Source: Spirochaetia bacterium (GTDB lineage Bacteria; Spirochaetota; Spirochaetia; SZUA-6; Bin103). Taken from it: a stretch of DNA of 64,000 nt. The notes under the pieces were generated by a model, which was given only the letters and a program-made list of their open reading frames with translations, ran no database searches and was not told where the DNA came from. The DNA lies in assembly GCA_965199955.1 (NCBI GenBank), contig CBDATQ010000002.1, positions 1,056,001 through 1,120,000 on the forward strand, in the 5' to 3' direction. The translations under genes were made by a program, and so were the position numbers. Shown here one piece after another: positions 9,202-19,009 of this stretch (positions within the stretch are counted from its first letter, which is position 1; each line of letters opens with the position of its first letter).

Positions 9202-10290
9202 TCAATTTTGTGTCGTCCGTGGATGGCGTCGTCGCAGCGCGTGTACCGCAACGCGATATGCGCCCAGGTAGAGCGCTGCCTGCACCCCGAGGGCGGGCAG
9301 TGCCCACGCGCGGGTGTGCGGGGCTGCGCGGACGAAGACCAGGCTGGCGGCCATCGCTCCCCACAGGAGGGCGCCGACGGCGGGGTTCGCGTAGCGGGCG
9401 GCTGTGGTACTCCGCAGGCCGCGGCGCAGGTTGCGGTAGATCAGGTGGTGCAGGTGGGCCTTGTCGGCGCGGCCGGGGCCATCGCCTTTGCGGAGGGTCT
9501 TCCTGAGGATCGAGTACAGCGTTTCCGACACCGGGTAGCCCAGCACCACGAGGACGATCCATGGGGACACCTCGGGATTGCGCTGCGGCAGCATGACGCC
9601 GACGGCGGCCAGAAGGAAGCCGACCAGGTAGGCGCCGCCGTCGCCCATGATGACCGGGCCGCGCGGGAAGTTGACCAGCAGGAAGCCGGCGACGGCGGCG
9701 ACGACGAGCAGGGCGAGTGCCGCCAGCTCGTCGTCGCCCGCTTGCAGGGCGACCACGCCGAACGCGGCCAGCATGATGAGGACGCCGCCGGCCGACAGGC
9801 CGTTGAAGCCATCGATGATGTTGACCGAATGGGCGATGCCGGCCATTGCGAACGCCGTGAACGGGATCGCGATCCAGGGGTACGCCAGGGCATAGTGGTC
9901 GACGAAGCCGATCTCCACGCGGGCGACCACGTGGCCGGTGACCAGGCTGAACAGAAGGCCCGCGAGCAGTGTCGCGGACATGCGCATGGTGCCGGAGACC
10001 TTCTTGGTGAAGTCCTCGGCGAGACCGGCCCCGAAAGCCAGCAGGCCGCAGACGCCCAGGATCGCCAGCTCGCCCCGGATCGGCGGCGGCGCGGCGAGCG
10101 TGGCCGCCCAGTAGCCGGCGAACACGGCGACGCCGCCGATTCGCGGCACCACGGTGCGCTGGACCTTCTGGGGGCCGCTCAGGCTGTCCAGGCTGAGCCG
10201 GCCGTGCCAGCGTCGGGTCACGACGATCAGTACGCTGGCGGCGAGGGAGATGCCGGCGCCGATCAGGGCCGGAAGCGCTACCTGGTCGAT
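9202..10290 (-). CDS. Undecaprenyl-phosphate sugar-1-phosphate transferase (MraY/WecA, glycosyl transferase family 4)
   Basis: PRIGGVAVF, GLAEDF, NIIDGFNGL, MGDGGAY, HLHHLIY motifs; first canonical start is GTG 10221 but a TM helix extends up to ATC 10290. Confidence 0.88.
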   Translation of the reverse strand: MDQVALPALIGAGISLAASVLIVVTRRWHGRLSLDSLSGPQKVQRTVVPRIGGVAVFAGYWAATLAAPPPIRGELAILGVCGLLAFGAGLAEDFTKKVSGTMRMSATLLAGLLFSLVTGHVVARVEIGFVDHYALAYPWIAIPFTAFAMAGIAHSVNIIDGFNGLSAGGVLIMLAAFGVVALQAGDDELAALALLVVAAVAGFLLVNFPRGPVIMGDGGAYLVGFLLAAVGVMLPQRNPEVSPWIVLVVLGYPVSETLYSILRKTLRKGDGPGRADKAHLHHLIYRNLRRGLRSTTAARYANPAVGALLWGAMAASLVFVRAAPHTRAWALPALGVQAALYLGAYRVAVHALRRRHPRTTQN

Positions 10291-10335
10291 TGGCGTTGTC
10301 CTGAAGGTGGGTTGCCGGCGGCCGGCATGCGCCCT

Positions 10336-11091
10336 TCAGACAAGGGCGACGGCCTTCGCCAAGCCGGCGGTCCAGCCGCCGTCGGCGTTGTACGCGGCCC
10401 CGGTGACGAAGCCCGATTCGTCTCCGGCCAGGAATAGCGCCACCCGGGCGATGTCCTCGGGGACCCCTATACGGCCCAGCGGCGCGATCTGCTCTCCGAA
10501 CCGCCGGCTCTCCGGCCGTTCGTTGAGAAACGGCGCCGACATCGGCGTTTCGATCCACCCCGGGCAGATGCAGTTGACGCGCACGCCCTCGGGGCCGTGA
10601 TCGAGCGCCATGGCGCGGGTGAGCTGCATCGCGGCTCCCTTGGTGGCGCAGTACCCGGCGATGTCGGATTCGGCGTAGAAGCTGTTCGCGGAGGCGGTAA
10701 TGATGAACGAGCCGCCGCCGGAGCGGATCATGGCGGGAATGCCGAACTTGCCGAGCAGGAACGCGCCCTTCACGTTCACGGCGAACATGCGGTCCCAGTC
10801 CTCCTCCGGAAGATCGACGACGGAGCCGTCCCGGAGAATCGCCGCGTTGCTGAACACGACGTGCAGGGCGCCATGTTCGCCCAGCGTCCGCTCGACGACC
10901 ACCTCCACCTGGTCGGCGGCGCCCACGTCCGCGGCGATCGGAACGATGCGGCCGTCCCCGGCGCTCGCGGTCTCATCGAGGCCGGCCGAGTCGATGTCGA
11001 TCGCCACCACGGCTGCCCCTTCGGCGGCGAACAACCGCGCAGAGGCACGGCCGATGCCGCTGACGATCGCCACCTTGTCCCTCAGTCGCAT
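10336..11091 (-). CDS. Short-chain dehydrogenase/reductase with a shortened Gly-rich motif
   Basis: SNAAI, YCATK, VRVNCICPGWIETP, GRIGVPEDIA; N-terminus reads VAIVSGIGRA. Confidence 0.85.
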   Translation of the reverse strand: MRLRDKVAIVSGIGRASARLFAAEGAAVVAIDIDSAGLDETASAGDGRIVPIAADVGAADQVEVVVERTLGEHGALHVVFSNAAILRDGSVVDLPEEDWDRMFAVNVKGAFLLGKFGIPAMIRSGGGSFIITASANSFYAESDIAGYCATKGAAMQLTRAMALDHGPEGVRVNCICPGWIETPMSAPFLNERPESRRFGEQIAPLGRIGVPEDIARVALFLAGDESGFVTGAAYNADGGWTAGLAKAVALV

Positions 11092-11106
11092 CCCGGTCGC
11101 CTCCCT

Positions 11107-12765
11107 TCAGAACTCGTTGGCCGGCGCGATCGACGGGTCCCACCGTTCTGTGGTCAGCAGGCCGATCGCCGCGGCCAGCGCCGCCGGGGATCCGATGCGC
11201 CGCAGCGCCTCCACCGCGTAGGTCGCGACCTGACCGCAGCGGTCGTCGAGCGCGTGGATCAGGTCGTCCTGCGCGGCGGACGCGGCCGGACCCAGGCGAG
11301 CGAGCGCCGTGGCGGCGTTCACGCGCACCTGGTCGCGCACGCTCCAGGTTCTCATCTCTTCCTCTTCCCATGCGGTCCTGTTCAGCCGGAACAGCGCTCC
11401 CAGCGGCGCTGCCGCTTCAGATGCACCGATGGCGCCCAGCGCATCGGCCACCGTTCGCACCACGAGATGGGACGGGTCGTCCAGCGCGCCGATCAGCGCC
11501 GGGACGGCTGCCAGCGCCTGCCGGTCCATCTCGCCCAACGCGAACGCGGCGTTAATCCGCGCCCACCCGTCCCCGCTTTCCAGCAGGTCCAGCAGGGGAG
11601 GGACCGTCGCGGTGCCGATTGCGGACAGGGCATAGGCGGCGTCGTCGAGCCGCAGCGCGCTCTCGATCGAGCCGTGACGGCGATGCTGCTCGGCCATCCG
11701 TGTCCGCATCATCGAAGCGGCGTCGCCGCGGCCGCGAAGTGACTCGATCAGCGCGGAGACCGCTGGCCCGCCGATCGCTCCCAGTGCGTAGACGGCGGCC
11801 ACCCGCACCGGGTCGGGACGGCGATTCAGGCAGCTCATCAGGGCGGAGACCGCCGGCGCCGCATCCTCTCCCAGGATCGCCAGCGTTTCGGCTGCAGCCA
11901 CCCGGTCCGCGTCCGGGCGGTCGTGCTCCAACGCGGACAGCAGCGCGCTCACGCCGACGCGCGGCTGGCGGTGCGGCAATGCGCCGTTGCGAAGGCTCGC
12001 GTAGCGGTCTCCGGCGCCGCGCAGCCAGTCCCAGAGATGCGACCAGGCGAGCGACATCCGGTCGCCACCGTAGCGCTCCGGGTCGCTCCACAGATGAGCG
12101 GGTCCCGCCCGGCCGTCTGGCTGCGGCAGCGACGCACGCTGATAGATGAACTTGACCATGAACCGCCTTTGTCCGCTCAGGTTGATGCCGGCCGCGTGGC
12201 CGACGTCGAAGTGGGTGATGGAAACCGTGCCGGCCGGCCCGGAAACCGCCAGCGGCCGCCCGCGCTCGGCTTCGTTGAGGGTGGTGTTCAGGTGTGTCCC
12301 CGGTATCACGTGGGTGGGGCCCAGGGAATCGGGCGTGTCCTGCGGGTAGTACATGACCCGCGCATAGCGGATGAGGTGGTGACGGGGCCGCGCGAGCGGG
12401 GTGTAGGAGTCCTGGTGGCAGTTGGCCGCGAGCTTTGCGGCGCGATCCAATCCGGGATCCTCCGGAGGCTCCTCCACGTGACAGAAACGGTGCGGGTGCT
12501 CCAGGTAGTCCGGTCCCAGCAGGGTCTGGAGGGCGCCGTGCACTTCCGGGGACTTCAGCACGTGCCGCATCTCCGGCACCAGCGGGAGGATGTTGTTGCC
12601 GGGGTTGCCCGCCCGGTCGGGGATCGACTTGTCGAGCCGCCGCCGGATGGACTCGTGCAGCTCGCGCGGCAGCGACGGCTGCAGGATCACGTAGCCGTCG
12701 GCGATGAACTGCCGAACCTGCTCGTCGCTCAGGGGAATCGTGGTGCCGGTGTGGCCGTTGTCCAT
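11107..12765 (-). CDS. Phytanoyl-CoA dioxygenase (PhyH)-family domain fused to HEAT repeats
   Basis: LSDEQVRQFIADGYV, HQD iron motif, GPTHVIPGTH, distal His; C-terminal repeats of VR..AA.ALG.IG. Confidence 0.85.
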   Translation of the reverse strand: MDNGHTGTTIPLSDEQVRQFIADGYVILQPSLPRELHESIRRRLDKSIPDRAGNPGNNILPLVPEMRHVLKSPEVHGALQTLLGPDYLEHPHRFCHVEEPPEDPGLDRAAKLAANCHQDSYTPLARPRHHLIRYARVMYYPQDTPDSLGPTHVIPGTHLNTTLNEAERGRPLAVSGPAGTVSITHFDVGHAAGINLSGQRRFMVKFIYQRASLPQPDGRAGPAHLWSDPERYGGDRMSLAWSHLWDWLRGAGDRYASLRNGALPHRQPRVGVSALLSALEHDRPDADRVAAAETLAILGEDAAPAVSALMSCLNRRPDPVRVAAVYALGAIGGPAVSALIESLRGRGDAASMMRTRMAEQHRRHGSIESALRLDDAAYALSAIGTATVPPLLDLLESGDGWARINAAFALGEMDRQALAAVPALIGALDDPSHLVVRTVADALGAIGASEAAAPLGALFRLNRTAWEEEEMRTWSVRDQVRVNAATALARLGPAASAAQDDLIHALDDRCGQVATYAVEALRRIGSPAALAAAIGLLTTERWDPSIAPANEF

Positions 12766-12772
12766 GGTGGCT

Positions 12773-13624
12773 CTACTCTACTCCGGTTGATACCGCGGCT
12801 CCGGTTGATACCGCGGCCACGGCCGCCCGCGCGCCTTCATGCAGCAGGGCCAGCTCGTCGACGAGCTCGAAGAACCGGCAGCCCCTGCCGACCCAATCGG
12901 CGGCTTGGTCAGGCCCGGATGGCGTGGTGCCGAACGCAACGCCATGTTGCAGGCACAGGTCGAGCACGGTGCCGAGCGCCGCTTTCATGTCCGGGTGATC
13001 GTACTCGCCAGGATGCCCCAGAGAGATCGCCGTGTCGTAGGGGCCCACGTACACCATGTCCAGGTGCGGCGTCGCGACAATCTCGGCTGCGCGCTCCAGG
13101 CCGTCCATCGTCTCGATGTGGGCGATCACGGCGGTCGCCTCGTTGCTGCGCCGCAGCCAGTCGGCGTCGTCCTGCGGGTACGTGTAGTCGGCGCCGCCGT
13201 AGCCGGGTGCCCCGGCGCGGCTGCCGAGCGGCGGGTACTTGACCAGATCGACCAGCTCGGTCACCTGCTCGGCCGATTCGGTGCGCGGGAGCTGGATGCC
13301 CACCACCCCCGCGTCCAGCAGGCGCGCCACTTCGGATCGGTTCAGCTCGCCGACCTTGGAGATGACCGGAATGCCGTTGTCGCGGGCAGAGAGCACGAAG
13401 TCGGGAAGCTCGCTGCCCTCGAACATGCCGTGCTCCTTCTCGACGAAGATGAAGTCGAAGCCGGCGTTGCGGAAGATCTTGACCAGCGACGGCCGCAGGT
13501 ACTCGACCGCCATCGCGCCGAGCAGCGGCGGCCCGCCGCGCACGCGCCGCCTGAAGCCGCGTCCGAGCGCCGTCGGGTCATGCTGCGCGCCGTGGTCGTT
13601 CTCTCCGGTCCTGGCCATCGTCAT
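12773..13624 (-). CDS. HpcH/HpaI aldolase family protein
   Basis: AGFDFIFVEKEHG, KYPPLGSRAG, HIETMDG, YVGPYD. Confidence 0.88.
   Translation of the reverse strand: MTMARTGENDHGAQHDPTALGRGFRRRVRGGPPLLGAMAVEYLRPSLVKIFRNAGFDFIFVEKEHGMFEGSELPDFVLSARDNGIPVISKVGELNRSEVARLLDAGVVGIQLPRTESAEQVTELVDLVKYPPLGSRAGAPGYGGADYTYPQDDADWLRRSNEATAVIAHIETMDGLERAAEIVATPHLDMVYVGPYDTAISLGHPGEYDHPDMKAALGTVLDLCLQHGVAFGTTPSGPDQAADWVGRGCRFFELVDELALLHEGARAAVAAVSTGAAVSTGVE
12781..12816. repeat. 18-bp tandem duplication at the 3' end of the aldolase gene
   Basis: CTCCGGTTGATACCGCGG twice, giving a repeated AVSTG peptide. Confidence 0.9.
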
Positions 13625-13756
13625 CCTCCTCTGTCGCGGGTCGGTGTCAGTGCGATCGTATGGATCTCGTACGGCTCCTGCGTGTAATCGTGCTCGAGGC
13701 GTGGCATGCCGTGGAGTGCTCGGGGGAGTGAATGCTACGCTGCATCGTTACCATAT

Positions 13757-15121
13757 ATGAACGCCCGAACCCCATCCGGCTCGATTGCCGAACGATCCTT
13801 GATCGCCGAGCACTTCCGCGCCGCCTCCGAGGTGATGCCCGGCGGGGTCAACTCCTCCACCCGGGTCAACCAGGCGCTCGGCACGCCCATGTACGTCGCG
13901 CGTGCCGAGGGCAGCCGCATCACCGACATCGATGGGCGCACCTTCATCGACCTGTGTTGCGGCCACGGCGCGGCACTGCTCGGCCACGGCCATCCTGCGA
14001 TCGCGGACGCCCTGGCGGCCGCGGCCCGGATCGGCTTCCCTTCCGTCTACGAAACGACCCACCACGAGGAGCTGGCGCGGCTGGTGTGCCGGTCGGTTCC
14101 GTCGGCGGACCGGGTGCGGTTCTGCTCCTCCGGATCGGAGGCGACGCTGCACCTCATCCGCGCCTGCCGCGCTCACACCGGCCGCGACAGGATCATCCGC
14201 ATCGAGGGCCACTTCCACGGCTACCACGAGCTGATCTATATCGGCGGCCATCCGCCGGCCGACCGGCTGGCACGCAATCGAACGCAGCCGTACCTGGAGT
14301 CCCCGGGCATCCCGCGCGAGTTCGCGCGCCTGATCGTCCCTATCCCGCACAACGACGTGGACGCCCTGGAGCAGGCGGTCGAGCGCCACGGCAAGGAGAC
14401 GGCCGCGCTCATGCTGGAGCCCGTGAACTGGAACTGGGGGGCGATCCGGCCCGAACCCGCCTACCTGAAGCGCATGCGGGAGCTCACTGCCGAGGCCGGC
14501 ATCGTGCTGTTCTTCGACGAGATCCAGTCGGCGTTCAAGACGCGCCACCTGACCGCGCAGGCCGAGTACGGCGTCACCCCCGACGTCACCACCATCGGCA
14601 AGTCGCTGGGCGGAGGGCTGCCGGTGTCCGCGTTCTCCGGTGACGCCCGGATCATGGACCTCTTTCAGCCGGTCGGCCCGGTGCAGCACTCCGGGACGTT
14701 CAACGCCCACCCGGTGCCGATCCTCGCGGCCTTGGCGTTCGTGCGGGAGACCGGCAAGCCGTATTTCTACGACACGCTGGAGGCGCTGGAGGACCATTTC
14801 GATCGCGGCCTGAAGCGCATCATCGCCGACCATGGGCTGAACATGATCGCGCCCGTGTCCGGCGGGCGGTTCACCGTCATCTTCGGGCGCACCACGCCGC
14901 CGTCCCGGTACGAGGACTGCCTCTGTCACGACAAGCGGGTGATGCTGCGGTTCATCAAGGGGTGCTACGACCGCGGCGTCTACCTGCACGACTACGGCGG
15001 CGGCCCGATCCACCACGGCTTCTCCGTGCAGCACACGACGGCCGATCTGGACGAGGCATTGAACGTGATGGAGGACGCCTTGGCGGAGATGAAGCGCGGC
15101 GGAGCGGTCCCGACGGTCTGA
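13757..15121 (+). CDS. Class III PLP aminotransferase (glutamate-1-semialdehyde aminomutase-like)
   Basis: MPGGVNS, SGSEAT, GHFHGYH, FDEIQSAF, TIGKSLGGGLP, HSGTFNAHP. Confidence 0.9.
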   Translation: MNARTPSGSIAERSLIAEHFRAASEVMPGGVNSSTRVNQALGTPMYVARAEGSRITDIDGRTFIDLCCGHGAALLGHGHPAIADALAAAARIGFPSVYETTHHEELARLVCRSVPSADRVRFCSSGSEATLHLIRACRAHTGRDRIIRIEGHFHGYHELIYIGGHPPADRLARNRTQPYLESPGIPREFARLIVPIPHNDVDALEQAVERHGKETAALMLEPVNWNWGAIRPEPAYLKRMRELTAEAGIVLFFDEIQSAFKTRHLTAQAEYGVTPDVTTIGKSLGGGLPVSAFSGDARIMDLFQPVGPVQHSGTFNAHPVPILAALAFVRETGKPYFYDTLEALEDHFDRGLKRIIADHGLNMIAPVSGGRFTVIFGRTTPPSRYEDCLCHDKRVMLRFIKGCYDRGVYLHDYGGGPIHHGFSVQHTTADLDEALNVMEDALAEMKRGGAVPTV

Positions 15122-15129
15122 TAAGCGGC

Positions 15130-15893
15130 ATGACGGTCACGATCCCCTGGAACGCCTGGTTCGAAGACGGCGAGCTGGAGCTGTCGTTCCCGGACGCATG
15201 GCACGTGGACGCGCTGCGCATGCGTGCGACGCCGGCGCCGCCGGCGACGATAGCGGAAAGGATCGCCGCGCCCCTGGACAGCGAGCCGCTCCGCCTCCTG
15301 GCGCGCGGCAAGCGGCGGGTGGGCATCGCCGTGGACGACATTGCCCGCCCGACGCCCGTGCACGAGTTCCTGCCGCAGGTGGTGGACGAGCTTCTGGCCG
15401 CCGGCGTTCCGGAAGACGGCATCCAGGTGTTCGTGGCCTCCGGCGCCCACCGTACGCCGCCCACCGTACGCCGGTGCGCGGCGACGTGGTGCGCAAGATC
15501 GGCGTGCCGCTCGCCGAGCGGCTGAAGGTCGTTTACCACAACCCGTACGACAACCTCGCCGACCTGGGCCGGACCAGCAACGGCGTGCCGATCGCGATCA
15601 ACCGCAGCTACCTGGACTGCGACTTCCGCATCAGCATCGGCGGGATCACCCCGCACGACTTCGCCGGCTTCGGCGGCGGCTACAAGACGGTGACGGTGGG
15701 CCTGAGCGGCATCCGCGCGCTGCACGAGACCCACATCGAGCGGATCGCCGAGTTCGACGCCGGCGTCGCCCGCATCGAGGGCAACTCGCATGCGACCTGG
15801 CACGACACACTGGCCGAGCTGAAGACCCTGCACGGCCAGGAGTGCCGGGCGTGCGTGGTGGAGTGCGCGTCCATGCAACTGCTCGCTCCCTGA
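15130..15893 (+). pseudogene. Lactate racemase LarA-family protein, frameshifted and internally deleted
   Basis: VDDIARPTP, ASGAHR, GITPHDFAGFGGGYK motifs; 14-bp tandem duplication at 15444-15471 shifts the frame; C-terminal domain mostly missing. Confidence 0.8.
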
Positions 15894-15968
15894 CCGAGCG
15901 GGCCGATACCGGCGTCGCTCCGGCGATGGTCACCGGTGACCGGCGCATGGCACGATGCGCGTTCGAGG

Positions 15969-17207
15969 ATGGCTGACTCACCGTTCCGCGTCGGCGCCAT
16001 CGGATGCGGAGCCCGCGGCCGTTCGCTGTTGCGACACGCCGCGCGCGCCGACGACGTCGAGATCACGGCGCTGTACGACCCGAACCCCCAGGCGGCGCTG
16101 CAGGCGCAACGGGAGCACGCCCCGGACGCGGCCGTGGTGGACGGCATCGATCAGGTGGTGAGCCGCGACGATGTCGACCTGGTGATCGTCGGCTCTCCCG
16201 ATCACGCCCATCGCGAGCCGGCCGTGGCGGCCTTCGAACACGGCAAGCACGTGTTCTGCGAGAAGCCGCTGGCTACCACGGCCGAGGACTGCCGGGCGAT
16301 CTGGAGCGCCGCGCAGGCGGCAGACCGCGAGCTGATCGTCGGCTTCGTGCTGCGCTATGCGCCGTTCTACCGGGGGATCAAGCAGCGCCTGGACGACGGT
16401 GACCTGGGTCCGATCATGTCGATCGAAGCGAACGAGAACCTGCCGTTCGCGCAAGGAGCCTTCTTCCGCCGCGACTGGCGCCGGTTCCGCCGTTTCACCG
16501 GCACCTATCTGCTGGAGAAGTGCTGCCACGATCTGGACATCCTGTGCTGGTTCGCCGATTCGCTGCCGCGGCGCGTGGCGTCGTTCGGCGGCCGGTCGTT
16601 CTTCACCCCCCGCTCCGATGCGCCGCTGTACTGCCGCGACTGCGACCTGGACTGCGCCCACCGCCTGGAGCTCGATCCGCTGCCTCCGAAGCCGGAGTGG
16701 GAGCCGGAGTTGACGCGCGGCAAGGACCTGGACTTGTGCTGCTTCAACTCGGCGCAGGACATCGTCGACAACCAGGTGGTGATCATCGAGTTCGCCAACG
16801 GCATCCGCGCCACCTTCCACAGCAACCAGAACGCGGCAAGCCCCAGCCGCCGCATGTACCTGGTCGGTGAGCGGGGATGCATCGAGGGCGACATCTACTG
16901 GGGCTTCTTCCAGTACGCGCCGATCCGCTACACCGGCGACTGGGAGGGGTTGCCGTGGGAGCGAACGGAGGTGGTGCGCGCGGGCCAGCACGGCGGCGGC
17001 GACGACTCGCAGTTCGGCGACTGCCTCCGGCGGCTGCGCGAAGGCCGGCCCATGATGTCCGGAGGCCGCGAGGGACTGGTCGCCTGCATCACCGCCCTCG
17101 GGATCGACGAAGCGCGCTCGACCGGTGCGGTGGTCGATCTGACAGACACCTGGGAGGCGTACGGACTGAGCGACGGAGCGGGGGAAGCCGCCGCCGGCGG
17201 GCGATGA
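15969..17207 (+). CDS. Gfo/Idh/MocA family oxidoreductase
   Basis: IGCGARG, SPDHAH, HVFCEKPLA, GFVLRY, EKCCHDLD, HGGGD. Confidence 0.92.
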   Translation: MADSPFRVGAIGCGARGRSLLRHAARADDVEITALYDPNPQAALQAQREHAPDAAVVDGIDQVVSRDDVDLVIVGSPDHAHREPAVAAFEHGKHVFCEKPLATTAEDCRAIWSAAQAADRELIVGFVLRYAPFYRGIKQRLDDGDLGPIMSIEANENLPFAQGAFFRRDWRRFRRFTGTYLLEKCCHDLDILCWFADSLPRRVASFGGRSFFTPRSDAPLYCRDCDLDCAHRLELDPLPPKPEWEPELTRGKDLDLCCFNSAQDIVDNQVVIIEFANGIRATFHSNQNAASPSRRMYLVGERGCIEGDIYWGFFQYAPIRYTGDWEGLPWERTEVVRAGQHGGGDDSQFGDCLRRLREGRPMMSGGREGLVACITALGIDEARSTGAVVDLTDTWEAYGLSDGAGEAAAGGR

Positions 17208-17899
17208 TCACGGCGGTCGACGTCACCCGCAGCTACCGGGCGGGCAGCGGCCTCGTCACGGCGCTGGACCGGGTGAGCATCTCGATCGAGGCGCGGACGC
17301 TCACGGTCCTGCACGGGCCGTCAGGCTCGGGCAAGACGACCCTGATCAATATCCTGGGCGCTCTGGACCAACCGACCAGCGGCGCCGTGCTGCTGGAAGG
17401 CGCCGACATCACCGCGCTCAGCGAGCCCGAGCGCGACGAGTTGCGGCGCCTGCGCATGGGGTTCGTGTTCCAGTCGGTGGCGCTGATCGCCGCCATGTCC
17501 GCGCTGGAGAATGTCGAGTTCGCGCTCCGCATCGCCGGCGCCGACCGCAACGGCCGGGAGGAGCGCGCCAGGGAGTGCCTGACTATGGTCGGGTTGCGCA
17601 CACGCATGAACCACCGGCCGGGCGAGCTGTCGGGCGGCGAACAGCAGCGCGTGGCGATCGCGCGCGGCTTCGCCCACCGCCCGCAGGTGCTGTTCGCGGA
17701 CGAGCCGACCGCGGAGCTGGACACGCACACCGGCCTGCAGGTGGTCGGCATCCTGCGCGAGCTCACCGGTGAGCAGGGGGTCACGGTGGTGATGAGCAGC
17801 CATGATCCGGCGATCGTCGACATGGCCGACCATCGGGTGTCGCTGCGCGACGGCCGCGTCGTGGAGCCGGATCCCGCCGTGCCGGGGGCCGCCCCATGA
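17204..17899 (+). CDS. ABC transporter ATP-binding protein (LolD/MacB-like)
   Basis: GPSGSGKTT, LSGGEQQRVAIAR, ADEPTAELD, SHD. Confidence 0.92.
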   Translation: MITAVDVTRSYRAGSGLVTALDRVSISIEARTLTVLHGPSGSGKTTLINILGALDQPTSGAVLLEGADITALSEPERDELRRLRMGFVFQSVALIAAMSALENVEFALRIAGADRNGREERARECLTMVGLRTRMNHRPGELSGGEQQRVAIARGFAHRPQVLFADEPTAELDTHTGLQVVGILRELTGEQGVTVVMSSHDPAIVDMADHRVSLRDGRVVEPDPAVPGAAP

Positions 17900-18855
17900 G
17901 CACCGCTGCCGGTGCTGCCATCCGTGGCGCAGGAGTGCGCTGCGAGAACCTGGTTCGCATCTTCAAGACGGACGAGGTCGAGGTGGTCGCGCTGCAGGGA
18001 CTGGACCTGGAGATCGAAGCGGGCGAGGTGATGGCGATCATCGGCTCCAGCGGCAGTGGCAAGTCGACCTTGCTCAACATACTGGGCGGGCTGGACCGTC
18101 CGTCGGCGGGGACGGTGGAGGTCGGCGGCGCCGACCTGCTCAAGTTCAGTCCCCAGGACCTGGTGCGCTACCGGCGCGAGACGGTCGGCTTCGTCTGGCA
18201 GAACAGCGCCCGCAACCTGGTTCCGTACCTGACCGCGGCGGAGAACGTGGAGGTTCCGATGCTGCTGGCGCGCCGCCGCGGGCGCCGGCGGCAGCGGGCG
18301 CTGGAGCTGCTGCGGCAGGTCGGCGTGGACCACCGGGCCGGCAACCGGCTCATGGAGCTCTCCGGCGGCGAGCAGCAGCGGGTGGCGATCGCGGTGGCGC
18401 TGGCCAACGAGCCGCCGCTGCTGCTGGCCGACGAGCCGACCGGCAACGTCGACTCGCAGACCGCCCGCCACCTGCTCGCGACGTTCCGGGAGGTGAACCG
18501 CGACCTGGGCGTGACCGTGGTCATCGTCACCCACGACCGCGCCGTGGCGCAGTCGGTGAGCCGCGTGGTCGCCATCCGTGACGGACGGACCTCCAGCGAG
18601 TTCATCCGCCAACGCGATGCTGCGGGCTGGGAAGGCGGCGACCCGCACGTCGCGCGGCCGGCCCTGCACATGGAGGAGGCGGACTCGCACCGGGAGTACG
18701 TCGTCGTCGACCGCGTGGGCCGGCTGCAGATCCCGCGCGATCACCTGCAGGCGCTGTCGATCTCCGGGCGCGACCGCGTGCGCGTGGATCTGGAGGACGA
18801 CAACATCGTCATCCGGCGCGCCGACAACGACGCCGAAGACCCGCCGAAGACGTGA
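17896..18855 (+). CDS. ABC transporter ATP-binding protein with C-terminal AbrB/MraZ-like domain
   Basis: GSSGSGKST, LSGGEQQR, ADEPTG, THD; C-terminal VVDRVGRLQIPRDHLQALSI...VRVDLEDDNIVIR. Confidence 0.88.
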   Translation: MSTAAGAAIRGAGVRCENLVRIFKTDEVEVVALQGLDLEIEAGEVMAIIGSSGSGKSTLLNILGGLDRPSAGTVEVGGADLLKFSPQDLVRYRRETVGFVWQNSARNLVPYLTAAENVEVPMLLARRRGRRRQRALELLRQVGVDHRAGNRLMELSGGEQQRVAIAVALANEPPLLLADEPTGNVDSQTARHLLATFREVNRDLGVTVVIVTHDRAVAQSVSRVVAIRDGRTSSEFIRQRDAAGWEGGDPHVARPALHMEEADSHREYVVVDRVGRLQIPRDHLQALSISGRDRVRVDLEDDNIVIRRADNDAEDPPKT

Positions 18856-18870
18856 ACGGCGACGTCCGGC

Positions 18871-18948
18871 TGGCGGGGCGGGTACTGGTACATGGCGTAC
18901 GCCGGCGTCGACCGGCACGGCATTCAGCGCTTGGGGATCGGCACGTCG
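18871..18948 (+). pseudogene. Short remnant of a beta-propeller glycoside hydrolase blade
   Basis: WRGGYWYMAYAGVDRHGIQRLGIGTS resembles GH32/43/130 blade sequence; isolated in an intergenic gap. Confidence 0.4.
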
Positions 18949-19009
18949 GCAACCTGGCGGCCATCGCCGTGCGTTGACAGCGAAGCGGTGGCGCGGCCTG
19001 CTATGCTCC

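Noticed and set aside
13757..15121. Calling the class III aminotransferase hemL
   Set aside because: No heme genes are adjacent and the sequence diverges from HemL (no SPVRAF); left at family level.
18974..19007. TTGACA...TATGCT as the amidohydrolase promoter
   Set aside because: The spacer is 22 bp and the -10 lies only 2 nt from the ATG.
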